Source of the DNA: Mobula hypostoma
Lineage: Eukaryota
NCBI RefSeq assembly: GCF_963921235.1
Contig: NC_086097.1
Span: forward strand, 100,318,001 to 100,382,000
Reading direction: 5' to 3'
Length of the DNA: 64,000 nucleotides
Below the pieces are notes generated by a model that saw nothing but the letters and a program-made list of their open reading frames with translations, ran no database searches and was not told the origin of the DNA. Positions 26,954-38,755 of this stretch are shown in pieces. Each line of letters begins with the position of its first letter. Position 1 is the stretch's first letter. Both the position numbers and the translations under genes were made by a program.

Positions 26954-29900
26954 GATATCTCCTTAGAAGCAGAAAAAATAACATTTAATAAATGACCAAT
27001 ATTAAAGTGGGAATGTTAATTTTTAATAAACCCAGTCTGATCATCAGAAATGATAGATGGTAAAATATTTTCAATCCTACGAGCCAGAACTTTGGATAGG
27101 ATTTTAGTATCAACATTAAGTAAGGAGATTGGACTATATGATGAACATTCAATTTTGGTTCTTATTCTTCTTAATAAGCAAAATAGAAGCTTCATAAAAA
27201 GATTGTGGCAACCTATCCAACTTAAAGGAATCCAAAAAGACTGAATATAAATGAGGTATAGGCAGTGAGGAAAAAGCCTTATAGAATTCTCCAGAAAATC
27301 CATCTGGACTAGGAGCCCTCCCCGAGTGCAATGAACGTACAGCCTCAGCAACTTCCTCATAAGAAATAGGTTGATCCAACTGTATTCGGTTATTAACAGC
27401 AAGCGTAGGAATGTTTAATTGGTCTAAAATTATTCATTGCAGTAATATCTTTATAAGGGTCAGAACTATAAAGTTTAGAATAAAATTCTGTGAAGGTATC
27501 ATTAATTTCTAAATGGTCAGTTGTCCTATCACCACTAGCTCTGCAAATTTCTTTAATTTGCTGTTTAGCTATAAAGGTTTTTAGTTGGTTAGCCAACAAT
27601 TTACCTGTTTTATCTCCATGAATTTAAAACTGACTTTTATCTTTTAAGAGTTGAGTTTCAATTGGATAAGTTAAAAGATCATATTTAGTTTTAATTCCAA
27701 CACGCCTTTTATATAAAGCAGGATCTGGAGCCAAGGCATATTTTTGGTCTAATTGTTTCAACTGATTAGCTAGTTCAATTCTCTCTTTATTAGCTTTTTT
27801 CTTAACACTTGCAGTATAAGAAATAATTTGTCCTCTAATATAAGCCTTGAAGGCATCCCATATAATAAGACTAGAAGTCTCTTCCTGCGTATTCTCTTCA
27901 AAAAAAAGAATAACTTGTCTCTCCAGAAGCTTTAAAAAATCCTTATCAGTTAGCAAAGTTAGATTAAAATGCCAAAACCTATTTATTTGAGGAGACTAGG
28001 GAGACTTAAAGATAAAAGCACAGGAGCATGATCTGAGACAACAATCTTTTTATATTCACAGGATCGAACTAATGGAATCATTTGGCTATCAATAAAAAAA
28101 TTATCCATCCTGGAATACGTGTGATGGACATGAGAAAAAAAATGAATGCTCCCTGTCTACTGGATGTAAAAGACGCCAAGCATCAACAATACCACATTTC
28201 ATTAGCAAAGATTAAATAAACAAAGCTGATTTATTAAGTGTTGCTGGTTTAGATGACTGGTCTAAAACTGGATCTAACCAGCAATTAAAGTCTCCTCCCA
28301 TCACCAATGAATAAAGACTCAAATCTGCCAAAAATGGAAAAAAACGCTCAAAGAATCCTGGGTCATCTATATTCCGGGCGTACAGATTAACAAATACCAT
28401 TAATTTATTACCTAATTTTCCTGACTCTCTAACAAAATGGCCATTAGTATCAGATATTACTTTATGTTGGATGAAGGGAACTGTGTTATCCATAAAAATC
28501 AGCACTCCCCTAGACTTAGCCTGAAAAGAGGAAAGAAAATGCAGCCCTCTCCATTGGCAAAAAAGGTGTAAATTGTCACATTTACATATGTGAGTTTCTT
28601 GTAAAAAAAATAATTGGGACCTGAAGTTTTTTTAATATAGGCAAAAATCTTATTCCGTTTCATAGGGTGATTTAATCCTTTCACGTTAAGACTAAGTAAG
28701 TTAATAGTTTGATCCATTTTTAATACTATTTAAAAGAAAGGTTAAAGTAATGACCACTGAAATGTATATTAAAACCAAACAATGAACCTTGAGATAGGAT
28801 AACCAAGGAACAGGTTCGGCTAAAAGTCCAAAACAGCTTCCAGAAAAAAAATCCATCCCCCCACTCCCTCCTCCCAAAGTCAGAAGGCCAGCCAATAGAC
28901 AGTCGGCAGCTACAACTACCACACCCCCAAAAACCTACTGGTTTGGCTCCAAATTAATTTGAAGTTTAGCTGCATTCCAACCTGGACAAAACAGCAGACA
29001 GAAAGAGAAAAAAATAATTAACCCTCAGAACAAAAACATGATAAATTGATTATTACAGTTTCAAAATGAAAAAATGAAAAATACCTATATGGATAAGCTT
29101 ACACCCTGTACCTAAGACTGTGGCTGGTCCCCAGAGAAATGGTGCAGAATCAGACATTTACATCATTAGATAGATTTGCTCAACTGATGTTGGAGGTGTT
29201 GCCTATTGACAAGACAGTGATTAGGATGGGTGGGATTGAGAAGTGTTAAAGGTGATCTCATTGAAGGATAAGTTTCAGAGAGGAAAAGGCAGGGCAGATG
29301 TTGAGCAGTGGTTTCTGTTCGAGTTCCTCTTTCATAGTACTGAGATTTATTACAAAGAGGAATCAACTGTTATTTTAAATAATGACATAACACTCAGAAA
29401 GACAACATCTTACTGACACCCTGCTTTCTGCTTTAGTAGAGATGCACTTCAGGGCCTTCTGAGAAATGCAAGTCAACAAGCCAGCCCTTACTGCCCATTA
29501 CCATATGGCTGCGTGGGTGGCCTTGTGGAGCTCTTTATGGCTTCTGGACTGGGTCAGAATATGGGATTGGCAACTGAGATGACAACTGTTTCTCTCCTCC
29601 TAGGATTCTGAGTCATTGCGCCATAGAGTTAGGGAAATAGGCTCTTCGGCCCATCTCCTACATGCAGACCAGTGGGCATCCACCTGAATTAATCCCATCT
29701 TCCAGCACTTAGCCTATAGTCCTCTATGCTAGGATGATTCAAGAGCTTGTCTGGACACTGCATGAACAGCATCAGTGACTTTGTCGCAACCACTCTCTCC
29801 AGCAGTCTAGGTACTACACCGTGGATGAAAAAGGTCCACTTACATCCTTCTGTCTCTTGTCCTTTACCCCTCATAGTTTTATATACCTCACTGTTCTCCT

Positions 29901-30902
29901 GTCTTCACTTCCTCTGCTCCAGACCCTGCTTTTTCAATCTCTCCCAATTCCAGTCCTTGGGACATCCGACCACAGATCGAAGAAGATCTGTTGCAGGCAA
30001 CAACTCAACAATATGGTACCTGGGAGGGCCGAGTCCATGAAGGTCAGAAATACTTTGTGGTGGCAGCCGGTTAAATACGGCATTGCAAAGAGCATAACGA
30101 ACAGGGTTAGGAGATTTTGAGGGTGAGAGAGTCTTCTTCTGTAGGATGAGCTCCTGGCCTTCTGGGCTCCGATCCACACACTGGGCTGGCCATGTCACAT
30201 GGCTATCCTCCCGAGGGGTCTCGTCATCCGGTCTCAAACTCAAATTCTGGTTCAGTGCTGGGCCGGGAACACCACCCACCTGAGCTGGGAGCTCAAATCC
30301 CACGAAGCCACTTGCAGAATTTAAATTCCTGCCCTCTCTTGGGGAGAGAAAGATAGTATCTCAGCTATTCCAATATCCTCTGAGGTCTTCTGTTGTTTAA
30401 AAATTCCTTTCGGGGTTAAAAGATTAGTTCATTAAAGACTTTGTACCTCATGGCTGCCACCCAAAGTAAATATCTAAAGAAACTTGTTTGTGCGTTGCTT
30501 GGTTACCACAGTAACAAAACAAAACACTGGGTGTTTGCAGAGAAACGTGCTGAACTTCAGACAGTTTGAGATGGGTCAGCTCTGAGATGTAAAGAGCATG
30601 AGTTTTGACTCACCCTAATTGAAGACAGATGCCTGGCTGCTGCAGTCTGACCTGCACCCTCCCTTTTCCTCACTGAAGTGGGAGCGTTCTGCTCATTGTT
30701 ACGGGATGAGGTGAGCTGCATTTACTGGCCATTGCTAACTGTTTTGCATGGAACTATTGGCCGGGCCACTGCACTGATAAGTTTAGTTAACTTTCTAATG
30801 ATGGCAAATCACCTTGGCTCAGACCCAACATATTCTACCACCATTCAGACATCCGCTCATGCCAGTTTTTATTCTTTGACAATTTGAGATCATGTCTGAC
30901 CA

Positions 30903-31230
30903 TAGGCAGTAGAGGTAGAGGGTACAGCTGCTGCCTTGCAGAGCCAGAGACCGGCATTCAATCCTGACCCCTGTGCTGTCTGTGTGGGGTTTGCACGTTC
31001 TGTCTGTCACTGCTAGGTTTCCCCCAGGTGCTCCCAATTCCTCCCACATAAAAAAAGTGTGGGCTGCTGGGTTAACTGGTCAGTGTAAATACCCCCAGTG
31101 TATAGATGGGAGGTAGAATTTTTGGAGGGGGTGTTGAGTTGAGGGGAGAATACAATGTAATTGGTGAGGGATCGATGTCAGTGGGTGTTTGATGGACCCA
31201 GCTTGGTGACCATGCCATATCTTTCGATGA
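30903..31230 (+). mobile_element. tRNA-derived SINE (degenerate)
   Basis: A-box-like and B-box-like head (cattcaatcct), followed by the common core gtttgcacgttct...ggtgctcccaattcctcccacat. Confidence 0.6.
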
Positions 31231-32304
31231 CTCCCCGACTGTGATGGTCACTGTGGTCACTCCTCTGCTGAGCTCCTTGTGTCCCACTCAGATCGAACAA
31301 CATGACTGCTGACTCAGTAGAAGCCTGTGGGCTCAGGGCATCATCCAGGTGCAGTCACTCCTCTACAGTGATATGATACAGTGCACCTGAGAAACCAATG
31401 CCTTTCACACAGGCCAGTCACCGATAAAAGCAGTAGGGTACTCAGGGGAAGCTTAACCCAGAGAGTGGGAGGAGGGAAAATGGATAGACCAAGGGTTCCC
31501 AATGTTTTGTGCTGCCATGGACCCCTACCATTGCCCAAGCGGTCTGTGGACCCCAGGTTGGTTTAGACCCATAGTCTGGAATCTCTAGCAAAGAAATTGG
31601 GCAAGTAAATGTTGGAATGCGAAATAAAAAAAAGTATTGGGAAGTTTTCCATGAGCCAGAAAGAGTTTAACATGTGGAATAACCTCCAGGACCATAAAGG
31701 TCATGCCGTCCTTGTGTTGATACCAAGTTCATGAACAATCACAATCCTATAACCATCAGATTCTTGAACTGAGCTGCAGAACCCTAACCCTATCCGTACC
31801 CCAGCAATGGAACACTGCAGACTGAGATACAGAACCCTAACCCTATCCCTACCGCAGCCATTGAACATTGTGGATTACCTCTTCTACTGCCAGGGATATG
31901 CTTTTGCTTTGCACAGTTGTTTTTTCTTCATAATCATATATCATTCACGTATAACTTCTGTTCCGTACCAATATGTCTGTGATGTTACTGCAAGCTTTTC
32001 ACTGTCCTCGTGCACTCGACGTAATTCACTCACCTGTGTTAGGAAACAACCATGATTCTGCAGAACCCACCCAGCTGACTGCAGTTCCCTACCCAAACTA
32101 CCCGAATGGCATCTCCGTAAACCCACGGAAGCGAGGTCTCCACCTCCTGCAGCTTCCCCTCAAAGTCACACACCGTCCTGGTGTGGAAATGTATCATTGT
32201 AGGAGTTCAGATTCATTGTTGTAGGTACACATGCCACAGACTTTAGGTTTTTGCAGCAGTAGCACAGTACAATACAAACATAAATGTGTATTGCTGCCAA
32301 CAGA

Positions 32305-32562
32305 ACGGTGGTGTAGTGGTTAGCACAATGCTTTACAGTGCAGGCGACCCAGGTTCAATTCTCGCCGCTGCATGTACAGTTTCCTCCGGGTCTCCAGTTT
32401 CCTCCCACAGTCCAAAGACCTACTGGTCGGATAACTGGTCATTGTGATTAGCCTAGCGTTAAACTGGGGGGGCGCAGTTGTTGGGTGGCATGGCTTGAAG
32501 GGTCGGAAGGGCCTATTATGCGCTGTACGTCAAATAAATAAAATAATAAATAATAAATAAAA
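32305..32562 (+). mobile_element. tRNA-derived SINE
   Basis: A box tggtgtagtggtt, B box ggttcaattc, core tttcctcccacagtccaaagac, (aaata)n tail. Confidence 0.8.
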
Positions 32563-32654
32563 AGACTTCACCTGTGAGAGGTCTGTTCAAGAGTCTTGAG
32601 CGTCATCGGAATAGAAGCTGCCTGATGGCTTGTGTTCACAGCCTTTTACCTGGA

Positions 32655-33323
32655 GCCTGATGGCAGAACTGAGAAGGGCATTGCCTGATGGCGGAACTGA
32701 GAAGGGGCATTGCCTGATGGCGGAACTGAGAAGGGGCATTGCCTGATGGCGGAACTGAGAAGGGGCATTGACTGATGGCAGAACTGAGAAGGGGCATTGC
32801 CTGATGGCAGAACTGAGAAGGGGCATTGCCTGATGGCGGAACTGAGAAGGGGCATTGACTGATGGCAGAACTGAGAAGGGGCATTGCCTGATGGCGGAAC
32901 TAAGAAGGGCATTGCCTGATGGCGGAACTGAGAAGGGGCATTGCCTGATGGCGGATCTGAGAAGGGGCATTGCCTAGATGGCGGAACTGAGAAGGGGCAT
33001 TGCCTGATGGCAGAACTGAGAAGGGGCATTGCCTAGATGGTGGAACTGAGAAGGGGCATTGCCTGATGGCAGAACTGAGAAGGTCATTGCCTGATGGCGG
33101 AACTGAGAAGGGGCATTGCCTAGATGGCGGAACTGAGAAGGGCATTGCCTGATGGCAGAACTGAGAAGGGGCATTGCCTGATGGCGGAACTGAGAAGGGG
33201 CATTGCCTAGATGGCGGAACTGAGAAGGGCATTGCCTGATGGCAGAACTGAGAAGGGGCATTGCCTGATGGCGGAACTGAGAAGGGGCATTGCCTAGATG
33301 GCGGAACTGAGAAGGGGACATTG
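32655..33323. repeat. Minisatellite, ~23 copies of a 28-30 bp unit GCCTGATGGCRGAACTGAGAAGGGGCATT
   Basis: Directly visible head-to-tail array with no spacers. Confidence 0.95.
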
Positions 33324-34889
33324 TCTGAAGGTGGGGGCCCCTGATGATCGATGTTGCGGTGAGGGGGAAGTAGAGAGAATGAGCGGAGTGGCAGTGGTCT
33401 CGATAACGATGGGTCCTTGACTGAAGTAGTAGGAGGTGTAGGTGGAGTCAATTGAGGTGACTGTTGTGGCTGTCTGGTCTAACCGGGGTGCAGGTGTGGC
33501 TGTGCGTGGTCATGTGTGACTCGGAGTCAGCTGGTAGCTCAGCTAAGACTCCGTGAAAGCAGAGTGCTGACAGAAGGCAGGTGCACCCCCCCTCTGTTTT
33601 TCTGCGGTGCTCAGTGACCAAGGGCTGTGGCTGCAAATGTTATTCTTTGCTGCTGCCTGCAGGCAGCCTTCTGAAAGAGAGAAGAAGATAAATCTATATT
33701 CTGTCCTAGGTCCCATGATATCTAGAACACCATGTAGTTTGAAAAAAAAAGGCAACCCTCTTCCTCCTTTTCCTGACCTGAAGGTAAGAAAGACATCATG
33801 TAAGTAAAAACTTCTTATTCTGAGGTCTGAAGAAAATTTTTCTTCCGCAGAAAAGAAAATGATTGACAAAGCAAACTGTACAAGGTGAGATCTCCAGAAA
33901 TGTTATTGACTTTTATTGCCCTGAGTGGCTGTTTACTACAGAACATTGAAGCAAGACGGAGCAGACAGTGTGTGTGACTCCACCACAACGTACTGGAAAA
34001 ACTACCTGGAATGGAGGAAAACATTCTGACCTGACGATGAGAGGAGGGAATTCCAAACACAGGCCTTGTGAAGACAGAGCTTCCTGTGTTAATACCACAG
34101 GGCAGTGTAGCTGTCAAGGTCAGAGATCAGACATTGCTTCACCAGTTATTCTATGTTACAAGGTCACAGAGTTACACAGCAAGAAGATGGGACATTCGGC
34201 CGAACCCCTCCATGCTGGCCAAGATGCCTACCTGAGCTAGTTCCCATCTGCTTGACCCATATCCCTCTAAACCTTTTCTACCCATGTACCTGCCCAAATT
34301 ACTTTTACATGTTGTATTGTACGGCCTCTTTCACCTCGATATTAAATGTTGCCCCCTGGGTCCCCTTTAAACCTTTCCCCCTCACCTTAAACCTACACCC
34401 TTTAGTTTTCGGCTCCCTTGCCCAGGGGAAAAGACTGTCACCACTCACCTCATCTACACCCCTCATGATATTATACACCTCTCATTTGCTTGCGATTGGC
34501 CCATATTCCTTTCCTATCCATGTACCTGGGCAAATGGCATTTACATGTTGTAATTGCACCCACCTATACCACTACTTAGGTAGGTACAGAGGAGACGTCA
34601 GGGGTAAGAGAGTGGTGAGAGCGTGGAATGGGCTGCCGGCGATGGTGGTGGAGGCGGATACGATAGGGTGTTTTAAGAGACATGGAGCTTAGAAAAATAG
34701 AGGACTATGGGTAATCCTAGGTAATTTCTAAGGTAGGGACATGTTCGGCACAACTTTGTAGGCCGAAGGGCCTGTATTGTGCTGTAGGTTTTCTATGTTT
34801 CTATGTTCTATGTTTACTTCTGACAGCTCATTCCACACACTCAGCACACTCTGTGAGAAAAAGATGCCTCTCAAGTCCCCTTTAAATCT

Positions 34890-35450
34890 CTTACTGTCCA
34901 GTACCGTGGAGAGCATTCTGACAGGCTGCATCACTGTCTGGGATGGAGGGGCTACTGCACAGGACCGAAAGAAGCTGCAGGAGGTTGTAAATCTAGTCAG
35001 CTCCATCTTGGGCACTAGCCTACAAGGTACCCGGGACATCTTTAGGGAGCGGTGTTCTCAGAAAGGCAGAGTCCATTATTAAGGACCTCCAGCTCCCAGG
35101 GCATGCCCTTTTCTCACTGTTACCCTCAGGAAGGAGGTACAGAAGCCTGAAGGCACACACTCAGCAATTCAGGAACAGCTTCTTCCTCTCTGCATCCGAT
35201 TCCTAAATGGACATTGAACCCTTGAACACTACCTCACTTTTTAAATATATACAGTATTTCTGTTTTTGCACATTTTAAAAAATCTTTCCAATATACGCAA
35301 TTGATTTACTTGTTTGTTTATTATTATGTTTTATTTTATTTATTATTATTTTTTTCTCTCTCTCTGCTAGATTTTGTATTGCATTGAACTGCTGCTGCTA
35401 AGTTAGCAAATTTCACGTCACATGCCGGTGATAATAAACCTGATTCTGAT
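34890..35450 (+). mobile_element. Rex1/Babar LINE 3' fragment
   Basis: TVESILTGCITVW...RKKLQEVV, with tail aataaacctgattctgatt. Confidence 0.8.
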
Positions 35451-36349
35451 TATTCTTGCCTTAAACCTATGCCTTCTCGGCCACAGGTGATATGTAAACT
35501 GTGGTCAGGATTATGGAGAACTCTCTAAGAAAGGAAAACGAATGGCATTGGAATGTTAGGTGTTCAAAGTCAGGGGAACATCGTTGAAAATGGATTAATT
35601 AGAACAGAAAATCAAAGAGAGTCCATACAGCGTAGGGATTAAATCAAGACCAAGCAATTGATTGTGGAGTTCAGGAAGGGGAAGTCAGAACCACACCACT
35701 CCTCACTGAGGGGGCAGCAATGGAAATGGTGAGCAGCCTCGAGTTCGTCCATCTCTGCATCAGTCTGCTTTGGCTGCAGGAGTGGTGGCAGAAGACTGGA
35801 TCTCTGCTGGCACTGTACCGTTGTTTAGGAAGCAAGGAAGGAATATCAATGTAATTATACGTGATGGATTAGCTATTGGACTCTGCACTCTTGGGATGGT
35901 GTCTTCACAGGTGAACCAGGGCCAGACATTCTTCTTGTCTGTGGATAGAGATCTGTTGGCTTCTGGGTATTGGCAGCAAGATGGAGACATCTGAGGAACA
36001 GCACTTGCTGCAGTAATTGTAACTACATCAAGCTCCCAAACACTCTGCCAAATGTTCACTGGGTACCAACAACTTCCTGACAGCTACTGGAAGCAGTTCC
36101 CAGAACACTGACCGAAGAAGAGCAAGATAATCTTGTAAAACATTACGAAGCCTTTCAGTTCCATATCAGTCAGTCTGGGAATACGAATCTGTTAAACAGT
36201 TTTCAGTTCTTGGGTGATACTGTTAGGAAACTGAATCTGATCCAGATAAAATGAAAACAAGTAACACAAACCTTTGAACTTCCCCAGCAGCAGCTCAATG
36301 GAATCAAGTGACTGAACACACTCTCCCCAGTGAAAGCAGACAGAGATTA

Positions 36350-36745
36350 CTGTGTGTGTACATAAGCTTCTGTGTGGGAGTTTGTGTGTGTGTGTGTGAG
36401 AGAGAGAATGTATGTGTGCATCTGAGAGTGTGTGAGAGTGTATATGTATGCAAATGTGTGTGTGTGTGTGTATGTGTGTGTGTGAGAGAGAATGTATGTG
36501 TGCATCTGAGAGTATGTGAGAGAGAGTGTATATGTATGCATGTGTGTGGGTGTGAGAGAGAGAGAGAAAGAGTGTATGCGTGCGTCTGCGTGTGTGTGAG
36601 AGAGAGTGTATGTGTGCATCTGAGAGTGTGTGTGAGAGACAGAGTGTATATATATGCGTGTGTGTTTGTGCATTTCTTTATCCCTCTGCATGTGAATTTC
36701 TGTGAGTGTATGTGTATGGTTATCAGTGTGTGAGTGTGCGTGTAC
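36350..36745. repeat. Compound (GT)n/(GA)n microsatellite with a recurring ~40-bp higher-order block
   Basis: A gagagagaatgtatgtgtgcatctgagagt-like block recurs at ~36397, ~36484 and ~36598 among GT/GA runs. Confidence 0.9.
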
Positions 36746-37519
36746 GTCAGTGATAACAGAATTATGATCTCATTTGGTATGGGACCAACAGGCCCTTCCT
36801 AGCAACATGGTGACAGAGGGAAAACAAACCCCAAGATATGAGAAAAGGACATTCAGGAAGGCACAGTAAAGCAGGTTCCTGTTGATAGGGAGAGCAGGGA
36901 TCAGGGTGGGGTCACCAGAGGCTTCACTAGAGATTGGTGGGGTGGATGGGGAAGGAGAGAAGGAGGAGGGGTGCAGAAGGGTTTGGAGTCTCCCCTCTGT
37001 TTCCCTGCCTACACTGGGTGCCTGCCCTCTGTGTATCCCGTACACTGGGAGCCTCGAGGTTGGTAAGTCAGCAGTGTACAGTGACTTCAGTATCCCTGTC
37101 CCTCTAGCAGAGCCCTGCACTAGCACTGCTTGACCTTCTCATTCCTTACTCCCTATCCTGTCTGCCTGCTCCCTGCACTCAGTGTTAAACTGCTGTACTT
37201 ACTGGTAGCTTTTTAGATTTACTTGTTAATTATACATCAAAACATACAATGAAATGCAACGTTTGTGTTAACAACCAACAGAACCTGAGGAAGTGCTGGA
37301 GTCAGCCTGCAAAGGTCACCATGTATTCCAGTGTCACCATAGCATGTGCATAAAGTTCAGAACAACATGCAGCCATCATGCAACAAGCAACAACAACAAA
37401 ACAAACCCCTTTCCCACCCACAGGCAGAGAGGGGGCTCCAACCCCAGACCTCCGATCCCGGACTTGGACCTCTGACCTCGGCACTCACTGACCTGGGAGC
37501 TTCAACCTTTATACTCGCT

Positions 37520-38755
37520 GACCATGAGACCATAACACATAAGAGTAGAATTAGGCCACTCAGCCCATTGAGTCTGCTCCACCATTCCATCATGTTGATT
37601 TACTACCCTCTCAAATCCATTCTCATGTCTTTGACATCTTGACCAATCTGAAACCTATCAACATCTGCTTTAAATATACTCAATGACTTGGCCTCCATAG
37701 CCATCTGTGGCAATGAATTCCACAGATTCACCACCTTAAGAAAGAAATCCTTTTTCATCTCCATTCCAAATTGTCATCCCTTTAGTCTGAGACTGGGCCC
37801 CCTGGTCTTAGACTCTCAGATATAGGAAACATCCTCTCCACATCCACTCTATCTGGCATTTCAATATTTGATAAGTTTCAATGAGATCACCCCCCATTCT
37901 TCTAAACTCCAGGGAGGACAGGCGCAGAGGCATCAAACACTCCTTATGTGTTAACTCTTTCATTCCTGGAATAATTCTTGTAAACCTCCTCTAGATAAGG
38001 GGTCCAAATTGCTCACAATACTCCATGTATAGTTTGATCAGTGCTTTACAAAGCCTAAGCATCACATCCTTTCTCTTGTATTTTAGTCCTCTCGATTTGT
38101 CAGGCAAGATTTCCCTTTAAGGAAACCATGCTGACTTTGGCCTACTTTGTCATGTGCCTCCAAGTACCCCGAAACATCACCCTGAATGAAGGAATCCAAC
38201 ATCTTCCCAACCACTGAGGTCAGGCTAACTGGTCTATAACTTCCATTCTTCTGCCTACCTCCCTTCTTAAAGAGTGGAGTGACATTTGCAATTTTCTAGT
38301 CCTCTGGAACCACTTCAGAATCCAGTGATTCTTGAAAGATCAATACTAATGCCTTCACAATCTCTTCAGTTACCTTTTCAAAACCCAGGGTGTAGTCTAT
38401 CTGGTCCAAGTGACCTATCTACCTTCAGACCTTTCAGCTTCCCAAGCACCTTCTCCTGAGTAAACACATTTCTCCCCTTGACATTCTTGAATTTTTGGCA
38501 TACTACTACCATCTTCCTCAGACAAGGCTGAACAAAATAGTTATTAAGTTTGTTCGTCATTTCTTTGTCCCCATTTCTACCTTTCCAGCATTATTTTCCA
38601 GTAGTCCAACATCTATTCTCGCCTCTCTTTTACTGTACATCTGAAAAATCTTTAGGTATTCTCTTATTATTGGCTAGCTTATCTTCATCTTTTCTTTCAT
38701 AATGTTTTTTTTTAGTTGCCTTCTGTTGGTTTTTAAATCCCCAATCCTCTAACTT
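37520..38755 (-). mobile_element. Older degraded CR1, host of the next element
   Basis: CR1 3'UTR and RT remnants (LGKLKGLKVDRSLGPD). The host appears to resume at ~43430. Confidence 0.7.

Larger units (their letters stand above)
21396..29090 (-). mobile_element. AT-rich L1-clade LINE: complete but degenerate ORF2 plus 3'UTR, interrupted by two CR1 insertions
   Basis: ORF2 starts MDQTINLLSLNVKGLN at 28717. Motifs [66 protein letters not shown] and A-rich tail near 21400. Confidence 0.9.

Noticed and set aside
31776..31872. CCCTAACCCT telomere-like motif
   Set aside because: Only about 1.5 units inside a ~54-bp local tandem duplication; not an interstitial telomere array.
32305..32380. Possible tRNA gene
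   Set aside because: A and B boxes run into a SINE core and (aaata)n tail, and no complete cloverleaf is evident.
32655..33323. Regular ~29-bp repeats resembling a CRISPR array, and the repetitive ORFs they generate
   Set aside because: Units are contiguous with no unique spacers, there are no cas genes, and the context is vertebrate. It is a minisatellite and the ORFs are by-products.
36308..36733. Cys/Val-rich and His/Thr-rich ORFs
   Set aside because: Translations of a GT/GA microsatellite.
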